DNA of 63,715 nucleotides, counting the filler, from Octopus bimaculoides (lineage: Eukaryota), in the NCBI RefSeq assembly GCF_001194135.2. It is 6 parts of 6 records of this genome, joined end to end, with 100 filler letters (N's around TTAATTAATTAA, not from the genome) between each part and the next. Parts side by side here need not be neighbours in the genome. Positions count along the whole stretch, not along the records: positions 36,333 to 44,152 come from NC_069000.1; positions 44,253 to 58,896 come from NC_068981.1; 4 more parts are not named here. One strand, given 5' to 3'. Positions 42,356-52,332 of this stretch are shown piece after piece; position 1 is the stretch's first letter, and each line of letters opens with the position of its first letter. The notes under the pieces were generated by a model. It ran no database searches. It saw nothing but the letters and a program-made list of their open reading frames with translations, and had not been told where the DNA came from. Both the position numbers and the translations under genes were made by a program.

Positions 42356-42845
42356 AGTAATATTATTATGCTTATTGCTATCATCATCATTTGCAGATTA
42401 TTGCGACAAATATTCCACCGTAGAATATATTTCAAATTCCATTTGTCGATACTGTGTGCATGTGTGCGTGTACCGCCACACAATCAAATATAATCAAATA
42501 CTTCAAAAAAGTCTGAACAAAATATATTTTCAATCATATTACATCTGGAATGGTTAATGGTAATATTTCTGCAATACTTTTAGAAAATACCTGTTCCAGA
42601 GAGAAATATTTAAAAATTATAATATATCACAATATATGAATATATTTAATGTATTAGAATATAGTATAGCATAGTATATGAATAAATGTAATTTATCAAA
42701 ATATATGAACATATTTAATGCATTTAACATATAATGTAATATATGTATACGTTTAATATATTGAATATATTATAATACATTAAACATTTTATACGAATGT
42801 TTAATTGATAATATACTTTCAAGCCGTCTCATATTTTTCTACTTT

Positions 42846-42927
<82 letters not shown>

Positions 42928-44059
42928 NNNNNNNNNNNNNNNNNNNNNNNNNNNNNNNNNNNNNNNNNNNNNNNNNNNNNNNNNNNNNNNNNNNNNNNNN
43001 NNNNNNNNNNNNNNNNNNNNNNNNNNNNNNNNNNNNNNNNNNNNNNNNNNNNNNNNNNNNNNNNNNNNNNNNNNNNNNNNNNNNNNNNNNNNNNNNNNNN
43101 NNNNNNNNNNNNNNNNNNNNNNNNNNNNNNNNNNNNNNNNNNNNNNNNNNNNNNNNNNNNNNNNNNNNNNNNNNNNNNNNNNNNNNNNNNNNNNNNNNNN
43201 NNNNNNNNNNNNNNNNNNNNNNNNNNNNNNNNNNNNNNNNNNNNNNNNNNNNNNNNNNNNNNNNNNNNNNNNNNNNNNNNNNNNNNNNNNNNNNNNNNNN
43301 NNNNNNNNNNNNNNNNNNNNNNNNNNNNNNNNNNNNNNNNNNNNNNNNNNNNNNNNNNNNNNNNNNNNNNNNNNNNNNNNNNNNNNNNNNNNNNNNNNNN
43401 NNNNNNNNNNNNNNNNNNNNNNNNNNNNNNNNNNNNNNNNNNNNNNNNNNNNNNNNNNNNNNNNNNNNNATATACGAATATAACGGAAAAAATATTTGTC
43501 GTTTCGCCTGTGAAATTCGAACGCCACGTCTCCTATAAACCATTAAGATGTGCTGCCCACTTCGAGCTGCCCGCTTTAAGGTTACGGAATTTTAAACAAG
43601 AAATTATCTCTACAAATACGTATTACAACTCATGTAATGTTTCCACTGAAATAACTTATTTTTAACCTGGTTCTATCGTCGGACATGGAACCGAATTTAG
43701 TTGAAATTTAACGCCATTTGAAACGATTTCCTGTAATTAAAACTGTGATGAATATTAAAATATAAACTTATTAATTCAATAAATTTCTTCTTACAGATAA
43801 CAAATCAGACGTGGCAGAATTTAATTTACCTTTAGTGACTGATTGTGTCTTATATTGAAATAACGTTACAACAGTTTCAAATTTAAAGTAAATAACTTAA
43901 TAAATGGTAACGCACATACAGATATATGTATATGTGTGTGTGTGTGTGTATGAACATGTATGTATAATGTGTGTATGTGTGTGTGAGTTGAACCTGAGAT
44001 ACGGGTACATATGTACATAGTTATGTAACATACAAATATATATGTATATGTATATGTGA

Positions 44060-44144
<85 letters not shown>

Positions 44145-44252
44145 TATATATANNNNNNNNNNNNNNNNNNNNNNNNNNNNNNNNNNNNNNNNNNNNTTAA
44201 TTAATTAANNNNNNNNNNNNNNNNNNNNNNNNNNNNNNNNNNNNNNNNNNNN

Positions 44253-44410
44253 AGTGGTTGGCGTTAGGAAGGGCATCCAGCTGTAGAAACTCTGCCAAAT
44301 CAGACTGGAGCCTGGTGTTGCCATCCGGTTTCACCAGTCCTCAGTCAAATCGTCCAACCCATGCTAGCATGGAAAGCGGACGTTAAACGATGATGATGAT
44401 GATGATGATA
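44253..44410 (+). mobile_element. (GAT)n-tailed short retroelement (family C), young copy
   Basis: agtggttggcgttaggaagggcatccagctgtagaaac...ccaacccatgctagcatggaaagcggacgttaaacgatgatgat. Further copies at 44425-44545(+), 46435-46770(-), 51615-51765(-) and 61025-61200(-). Confidence 0.8.
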
Positions 44411-44528
44411 TATATATATATCGATAGAAAGCAAGCCAATCAGTCTGGAACCTGCTGCAGCTCTCCAGCTTATCAGCTCTGAACAAACCATCCAACCCAT
44501 GCCACCATGGATGTTGATTGATGTTAAT

Positions 44529-44559
<31 letters not shown>

Positions 44560-44561
<2 letters not shown>

Positions 44562-44720
44562 GCTTCTACACTGGTTGCCATCTATCAAATTCACTTGCAA
44601 GGCATTGGCCAGCTTGGAACTGTAGGAAAAGATACTTGCCCGAGGTGCTACACAGTGGGATTGAACCTGAAATGACATGGTTGCAAAGAACGCTTCTTAA
44701 CCACAAAGCTATGTTGTACT
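44560..44720 (-). mobile_element. SINE family B, 5' part
   Basis: ccatctatcaaattcact..caaggc...gatacttgcccgaggtgctacacagtgggattgaacctgaa..acatggttg. Confidence 0.75.
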
Positions 44721-44769
44721 TCTACGCTCACAGACAACAAAACTACAAGAATTACATGCATTAGCTCTA

Positions 44770-45340
44770 AGAGTGGCCATGTGGTGGGAAGGTTGCTTCC
44801 CAACCACATGGTTCTGGGTTCAGTCCCACTGCATGGTACCTTGGGCAAGTGTCTTCTACTATAGCCCAGGGCCGACCAAAGCCTTGTGTATGGATTTGGT
44901 CGACAGAAACTGAAAGGAGCTCATCATATATGTACCATATTTTAACGTTTGTATGGAACCCTTTTTTGTCAAAAATTAAGTTAAAAAAATATGCGAGTTT
45001 TATAATCTTTTAAGAAACCTTTTTTTTCAAAATTTTAAACCCCAAAAATTAAGGGGTTCCTTATACATGAGGGTTCCTTATACACGTTAAAATACAGTAT
45101 GTGTACATATCTATGTGTATGTGTCTTTGTGTCTGTGTTTTTCCCGTATTATTGCTTGACAACTGCTGTTGGTGTACTTATGTCCCCATAACTTAGCAGT
45201 GTGGCAAAAAGAGACTGATAGAATAAGTACTAGGCTTACAAAGAATACATCCTGGGTCGATTTCTGCGACTAAAAAAAACTCTTTAAGGCAGTGCTCCAG
45301 CATGGCCACAGTCAAAAGTGACTGAAACAAATAAAAGAAT
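44770..45340 (+). mobile_element. Full-length SINE family B interrupted by a MITE
   Basis: Head gagtggccatgtgg (A-box) ..gggttcagtcccactgc (B-box). Tail gtgctccagcatggccacagtcaaaagtgactgaaacaaataaaag. Confidence 0.9.
44935..45097. mobile_element. 163-bp MITE, TA target duplication (Tc1/mariner/pogo type)
   Basis: Left TA-ccatattttaacgtttgtatggaaccc versus reverse complement of right end TA-ctgtattttaacgtgtataaggaaccc: imperfect terminal inverted repeats of about 27 bp. Confidence 0.8.
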
Positions 45341-45379
45341 AAAAGAATGTTCACAGCAGATATAGAAGACAATAAAGAA

Positions 45380-45810
45380 AGCAAAACATTATTCAAAGCA
45401 TTCCTTGCAAATATTCATGGGCACCACGGAAAAATAAATAAATAACAATATATCGGAACCATTATGGATTATGTCGGTCTTGTTTGAGCCATTTATCTCT
45501 ATGCAACAAACTATAAAGAAGTACAAAGTAAAACAGCACAGACTACAGACACAGTCCACTCCCACAGACCACCTAGAAAACAAATTGAAAGACCACCTGC
45601 ACGTGGATAGAGTTTACTGCTGCAGCAAGTTCCAGCGTAGGTACCCCTACCCACTACTGTGTATTCAGTCATCCAAAAACAGCCAAACACATCTACAATA
45701 CCCAGCAAAACATGACTACAACACTATTGTAAGAACATTATCCCTCCCACTCGTTCCAGACGAATATAGAAGGCATATAGACAAACATAGGAGTAGCAGT
45801 AAGCTATAGA
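45380..45810 (+). mobile_element. Decayed LINE RT C-terminal fragment (I/Jockey-like, uncertain clade)
   Basis: YIGTIMDYVGLV*..TNYKEVQ then (frameshift) STPTDHL..KLKDHL resembles YIRP.MDY...VW..KLQ..TPI.HLH..L..HL. Confidence 0.45.
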
Positions 45811-46099
45811 CTTCATTAATCCCAGACGCCATGCTTGGCTGCACACCGCCAACAATAAATGCAGAGGCACAATAATTGTTTATCTCAGACTGAGTTCATC
45901 TTGCTCATCTCTCCAAGTCAACACTTAACACAGGAGCTATTATACAAGGGCAGGGAACCCCTCTTTCCCCCCAGGTGAAATTTCACCCTCATTCAAATGT
46001 AAAACTGTTTGCTAACAACGTTTCAAAAAGCATTTTAAAAAGTTATTGCAAACCTAAATAACAAAACAATTTGATATAAATTACATATCAAGATCATAT

Positions 46100-46300
46100 C
46101 ATGTGTTGCTGGGTGGTAAGAAATTTGCTTCCCAACCACATGGTTCTGGGTTCAGTCCCACTGCATGGAGCCTTAGGAAAGTTTCTTCTTTTGTAGCCTC
46201 ATGCTGACCAAAGCCTTGCGAGTGGATTTGGTAGATGGAAACGGAAAGAAAAGGAGCCTGTTGCATTTGTGTGTGTGTGTGTATGTGTTTGTGTGTGTAT
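46100..46300 (+). mobile_element. SINE family B, 5' half
   Basis: gggtggtaagaaatttgcttcccaaccacatggttctgggttcagtcccactgcatgg...ccaaagccttgcgagtggatttggtagatggaaac. Confidence 0.85.
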
Positions 46301-47299
46301 CTGTGTGTACATTTATATATATATATATATATATATATACAATAAACAAGTTAAAAATAATGGTCATTACATCATCATNNNNNNNNNNATACAATAAACA
46401 AGTTAAAAATAATGGTCATTACATCATCATCATCATTGTTTAATGTCTGCTTTCCATGCTGGCATGGGTTGGACGATTTGACTTAGGACTGACAAACCAG
46501 AAGGCTGCACCAGGCTCCAATCTGATTTGGCAGAGTTTGTACAGCTGGATGCCCTTCCTAACACCAACCACTCCGAGAGTATAGTGGGTGCTTTTACGTA
46601 CCACCAGTATGAGGGCCAGTCAGGCGGTACTGGCAGTGGCTACGCTCAAGTGGTGTTTTTTACATGTCACCTGCACAGGAGCCAGTCAAGTGGCACTGGT
46701 AATGACCTCGCTCGAATGCTTTTTCACATGCCACCGACACAAGTGTCAGTAAGGTGACACTGGTATATAGTAAGGTGATGGCTTGGTTCTGACGATGAAA
46801 GTAGCATCGAATTTCCTCAGTTGATCAATAGACCAATTGAGTAAACCTATCAGTAATGTACTTACAATGACTACCGAAACAGCTGTAAGCCAAATTTGAT
46901 CCACTAAAGGAAAAATATGTAATGATCATTATTTTTAACTTGTTTCTTATATATCACTCTATGTAAAAACCAGTTTGTCTGAATTCATCCACGGATTTAC
47001 AATATAGAATTGTGATGAACCATAACCTTGGACCCTGTCCCAAGAATACCTCAAGTTCTTTCCTAATCTAAATAATATTGTTAGCCTTGTGTGCCAACAG
47101 AGGGCTTATGAAGTATTTTGCCCAGATTGATAATCCCTTGCTATTAGCTCTGTTTTANNNNNNNNNNNNNNNNNNNNNNNNNNNNNNNNNNNNNNNNNNN
47201 NNNNNNNNNNNNNNNNNNNNNNNNNNNNNNNNNNNNNNNNNNNNNNNNNNNNNNNNNNNNNNNNNNNNNNNNNNNNNATATACATATATATTTCATCAT

Positions 47300-47490
47300 G
47301 CTGAGCCATTAATCCCTACACATTTTTTTCTCTCGCCACTTTTTTCCTCTCAACTCTTTTCTGTCGAAGAGCATAGGCTCGAAATGTCAAAGACTTTTCC
47401 ATTCTTCTCAAATGTCAAACTAATACACCTGTTTGTTGTTTCCTCACCTGTCTTCATCTTTTGTTTTCTGTAAAGTTGAACTATATGTAA
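47300..47490 (+). mobile_element. Penelope-like pseudo-LTR remnant
   Basis: Pyrimidine-rich segment carrying a minimal hammerhead-like core, ending ...ctaatacacctgtttgttg..cacctgtcttcatcttttgttttctgtaaa..tatat. Confidence 0.55.
47355..47393 (+). ncRNA. Degenerate minimal type-I hammerhead ribozyme, probably inactive
   Basis: tctttt-CTG(t)CGA-a-GAGC atag GCTC-GAAA-(t)GTC-aaaga: stem I, core with A6 changed to U, 4-bp stem II, and a GUC cleavage triplet ending at 47388. Confidence 0.6.
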
Positions 47491-47554
47491 ATGCATGTGT
47501 GTGTGTGTATTAGACCTGTCAAGTCAAGTGAGACCATAATCATGACCGAAGCTG

Positions 47555-47870
47555 GTGTTAGGATGACGCTTGTCTTCTTGGCTGTAATTTCCAGCTCAGA
47601 ATTTCTGGAACCACCGTTGAGACTGGTTTACGCTTATTGTCTGCATTAATATTCTTTGCACTTTCCATTGCATTGTTGCCTTTATTGAACTCATAAAGCA
47701 AAATACGCTGAATATGCCCCTTTGTCAATTCTATTATAGCTTTGAAAAAATAACTGTTATAATCGAACTGCACTCTTCAAAACTTGCACTAAGAATAAGG
47801 ACAAGGTAAAATTACTACCTGCTTTTATAGCAAACTGATGCAGGTAGTTTATCCTGCCCCGCCTCTGACT
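47555..47870 (-). mobile_element. Mariner 5' fragment (HTH region), internally deleted
   Basis: ELTKGHIQRILLYEFNKGNNAMESAKNINA../VSTV.RWFQKF*AGNYS.ED is the mariner N-terminal signature. Confidence 0.8.
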
Positions 47871-47919
47871 TTTAGTTCATGCAATTGAATGAAACCACAT
47901 TATTTATGGGATGATGTAA

Positions 47920-48135
47920 TATATATAATGAATTATTACATTTCATAATATATCTAAATGTACAATGAGCTAATATATCATAAATTGTTACATTTCATAA
48001 TATATCTTAGAGTACATTGGGCTAATATATACCCACAATATATCATGAATTATTACATTTCATAATATATCTTAGAGTACATTGAGCTAATATATACCCA
48101 CAATATATTATGAATTATTACATTTCATGATATAT
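47920..48135. repeat. AT-rich tandem repeat, periods 52/65/65 bp
   Basis: atgaattattacatttcataatatatcttagagtacattg.gctaatatat starts at 47928, 47980, 48045 and 48110. Confidence 0.85.
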
Positions 48136-48444
48136 ATTGTAATACAATGTATATCTGAGTATATCTTGGACTACATACAATATCTACCAAGATATTGCAT
48201 GTGTTTCAGATACACCATCTCTTGGACAATGAGGTATACCTTGGACTATGTTGGATCATTCAATACTCACATCTTGGACCACCTTATGAAATATATCCTT
48301 CCTTATTTAAGACAATAAAGAGTGATTTGGCTACTACTCCTAGCTGGTTGAGCAACCATTTGGAGAGATCCCTTCTCTGTAAAAATACCTGATATTGTTG
48401 TATGTGTGTATAAGGTGAAAAGCTAGCAGAATTATTACTATGCC

Positions 48445-48840
48445 AGACAAAATGCTTAATGGCATTTCTTCCAGGAACTTAGCGGTTCGGCAAAAAGTCA
48501 TTTGACTACAGCCATACTGGAGCACCACTTTTAGTTGAACAAATAGACCCCAGGACTTATTCTTTGTAAGCCTAGTACTTATTCGATCGGTCTCTTTTGC
48601 CAAACCGTTAAGTTGTGGGGACATAAACACACCGACATCGGTTGTCAAGTGATGGTGGGGGGACAAACACAGATACACACACACGATGGGCTTCTTTCAG
48701 TTTCTTTCTTCCAAATCTGCTCACAAGGCTTTGGTCGGCCCAAGGCTATAGTAGAAGACACTAGCCCAAGGTGCTACGCAGTGGGACTGAACCCGAAACC
48801 ATGCGGTTGGTAAGCAAGCTACTTATCACACAGCCACTCC
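48445..48840 (-). mobile_element. Full-length SINE family B (chimeric 3' side)
   Basis: catactggagcaccac..gaccccaggacttattctttgtaagcctagtacttattc...gtgggactgaacccgaaaccatgcggttggtaagcaagctactta..cacagccactcc. Confidence 0.85.
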
Positions 48841-49045
48841 TGCAACTATATATATATATAGATATATATATCTCTATATATATATTCTCACATACAAACA
48901 CATATACATACAGCATACAAACACAGATACACATATTCTCAATGCCTAATAATAATGGTTCAATGCATGACGGTATCTGATGTAATCTGTGATGCCGTGT
49001 CAGATCAGAAGATGACCTTCTTGGACAAGGAATCACACAAACACA

Positions 49046-49093
<48 letters not shown>

Positions 49094-49472
49094 TATGCCG
49101 AACACAGAAGCCAGTAGAAGTTGGCAGATCAAAGCTAATGAGCCACGACTGGCTATTGTCAAATGAAAACTGAAGTTTTAAATTCCCACTGTTGTCTTTA
49201 GCCTGGCAGACATGTTGACAAAATAACACTAATTGTAAATCATTGGCAACTAACCCCCCCNNNNNNNNNNNNNNNNNNNNNNNNNNNNNNNNNNNNNNNN
49301 NNNNNNNNNNNNNNNNNNNNNNNNNNNNNNNNNNNNNNNNNNNNNNNNNNNNNNNNNNNNNNNNNNNNNNNNNNNNNNNNNNNNNNNNNNNNNNNNNNNN
49401 NNNNNNNNNNNNNNNNNNNNNNNNNNNNNNNNNNNNNNNNNGAGCCTCCCCATCTCTCTCTCTTTCTTTCTC

Positions 49473-49509
<37 letters not shown>

Positions 49510-49556
49510 CTTTTTACTATTTCACATTTTCCTGTCTGTCTCTTTCTCTTTGACTT

Positions 49557-49591
<35 letters not shown>

Positions 49592-49592
49592 G

Positions 49593-49627
<35 letters not shown>

Positions 49628-49735
49628 TAAGTATGTGAGTATGTGTGTGTGTTTATTGTGTTTCTTTTTCTTTGTTACACTTTCTCATTCTTTCCCTCTC
49701 CCTTTCTCCCTCTTATATCACCTTTCTCTCTTTCA

Positions 49736-49777
<42 letters not shown>

Positions 49778-49779
49778 TC

Positions 49780-49945
49780 CTCTCTATTGCTACCTTCAAA
49801 CATCCCTTCTCTCTCTCCATCTCCTCTGCCCCTCCCCTCTTTTCTTTTGCTACCTTCAAACATCCCTTCTCTCTCACTCTCTCTCTCTCTTTCTCTCTCC
49901 CTCCCTTCTTCTCTTTTGCTGCCTTCAAACATCCCTTTCTCTCTT
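49780..49945. repeat. Polypyrimidine minisatellite, three copies of ttgct(a/g)ccttcaaacatccctt
   Basis: Motif at about 49787, 49847 and 49916, separated by (CT)-rich spacers. Confidence 0.85.
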
Positions 49946-51404
49946 TATCCCTATCACTCTCACACACACACACATGCACACATACGTGCGCACACGTTGC
50001 ACACACTAACACCCGAACACCCCCCTCCCCGCCTCCCTGCTGCCTCATTCCTTGACTTTCACCCATCACCGACCGCCTCCAACCAACCGGCACTTCCCTC
50101 CACCAGAAACATACATACATCTGGTTATCTTTAAGTGAATAAACAACAACAACGGCAACAACAATAAGCAAAACTAAGACAAAAGACCCCTGCCCCCCAC
50201 CCGCCACCCCGTATAAACTACCACAATAACAAGAACGAGAATAACAGAATAAATAAATAAAAAAAAATTGTGCAGGATTAGGAGAATGGGGGTGGAGATA
50301 GAGGGGTCGAGACAAAGAGATGAAAGGAGAGAGAGGGGGTGAGGGGAGAGAGAGGGGNNNNNNNNNNNNNNNNNNNNNNNNNNNNNNNNNNNNNNNNNNN
50401 NNNNNNNNNNNNNNNNNNNNNNNNNNNNNNNNNNNNNNNNNNNNNNNNNNNNNNNNNNNNNNNNNNNNNNNNNNNNNNNNNNNNNNNNNNNNNNNNNNNN
50501 NNNNNNNNNNNNNNNNNNNNNNNNNNNNNNNNNNNNNNNNNNNNNNNNNNNNNNNNNNNNNNNNNNNNNNNNNNNNNNNNNNNNNNNNNNNNNNNNNNNN
50601 NNNNNNNNNNNNNNNNNNNNNNNNNNNNNNNNNNNNNNNNNNNNNNNNNNNNNNNNNNNNNNNNNNNNNNNNNNNNNNNNNNNNNNNNNNNNNNNNNNNN
50701 NNNNNNNNNNNNNNNNNNNNNNNNNNNNNNNNNNNNNNNNNNNNNNNNNNNNNNNNNNNNNNNNNNNNNNNNNNNNNNNNNNNNNNNNNNNNNNNNNNNN
50801 NNNNNNNNNNNNNNNNNNNNNNNNNNNNNNNNNNNNNNNNNNNNNNNNNNNNNNNNNNNNNNNNNNNNNNNNNNNNNNNNNNNNNNNNNNNNNNNNNNNN
50901 NNNNNNNNNNNNNNNNNNNNNNNNNNNNNNNNNNNNNNNNGCCCCTAATCCCATACAGGCTTATACAGCAGACCCAAAAGTGCTATCCTACCCCTTAAAA
51001 GCATTACTTGTAGCAGAATGCCCATCCTGCTCAACCAAAGCAGAATGCCCATCCTGGTCAACCAAAGCCTTGTGAGTGGATTTGGTAGATGGAAACTAAA
51101 AGAAGCCTGTTGTATATATACTTCTACATTACTGGTATTAAGTATCTTAGATGCAGTCCACATTCTGAATGGAATATGCAATACTCTCCCAGACGAGATC
51201 CTTGAGGCACAGCCTGCATGGCCAAGATCTCCAAACCATAGATTTCAAATTTTCAGTTGAATAGAATCAAAGACATTCTGTTGTCACTTCAATAGCATGG
51301 ATCTTCTATGGAGCTTCTGTCAGGATAGACAGGCCAGTAACAATTCTTGGATAGCTGCAGTAACAACATCAACAACTAAAGAGCAGCTACAATTCTTTCT
51401 ACTA

Positions 51405-51592
51405 TAAGCACAAGGCCTGAAATTTTGTGGGATTACATTGACTCTAGCACTTGACAGGTATTTATTTCATTGACCCCCAAAAGATGAAAGGCAAAGTCAG
51501 CCTTGGTGGAAATAGAACCCATAATGTAAAGATGGCAAAATACCACTAAGCACTTTATCTAATGTGCTACTGATTCTGCCAGTTCACCACCT
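51405..51592 (-). mobile_element. SINE family A, CpG-eroded copy
   Basis: cattgacccccaaaagatgaaaggcaaagtcagccttggtggaaat...gattctgccagttcaccacctt, with consensus CG positions read as TG/CA. Further copies at about 51925-52025, 54500-54695 and 54940-55060. Confidence 0.8.
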
Positions 51593-52064
51593 TAATAATA
51601 ATAATAATAATAATAATCATCATCATCATCATCATCATCGTTTAACGTCCGCTTTCCATGCTAGCAGGGGTTGGACGATTTGACTGAGGACTGGCGAACC
51701 AGATGGCTACACAAGGCTCCAGTCTGATTTGGCAGAGTTTCTACAGCTGGATGCCCTTCCTAATGCAAATTTTGGCACAGTTTTTGAGGAGAGTGAAAGT
51801 CACTAACATTGATCCCTGTACTTGGCCAGACTTATTTTATCAACGCCAAAAAGACAAAAGGCAATTGTTGGATAATTGTTGCAAAAAACATCAACAGCTA
51901 AAGAGCAGCAACAATTATTTCTGCTATAAGCAGAAAGCCTGAAATTTTGAGAGAGAGGGTTAGTCAATTAAAATGGTCCTGGTCCTTGATTCATGCTTAT
52001 TTTATCAACCCTGAAAGAATGAAAGGTAATTGTTGGATAACTACTGCAAAAACATCAACAGGCA

Positions 52065-52215
52065 TGTGTAGTAAAATGCTTGCTTCCCAACCACATGGTT
52101 CTGAATTCAGTTCCACTGCATAGCAATTTGAGCAAGTATCTGCTTTAGCCTCAGGTTAAACAAAGCCTTGTGAGTGGATTTGGTAGATGGAAACTGAAAG
52201 AAGCCTGTTGTATAT
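52065..52215 (+). mobile_element. SINE family B, 5' half
   Basis: gtgtagtaaaatgcttgcttcccaaccacatggttctgaattcagttccactgc..aaagccttgtgagtggatttggtagatggaaactgaaagaagcctgttgtatat. Confidence 0.85.
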
Positions 52216-52221
52216 ATGTAC

Positions 52222-52280
<59 letters not shown>

Positions 52281-52293
52281 CATACATACATAC

Positions 52294-52332
<39 letters not shown>

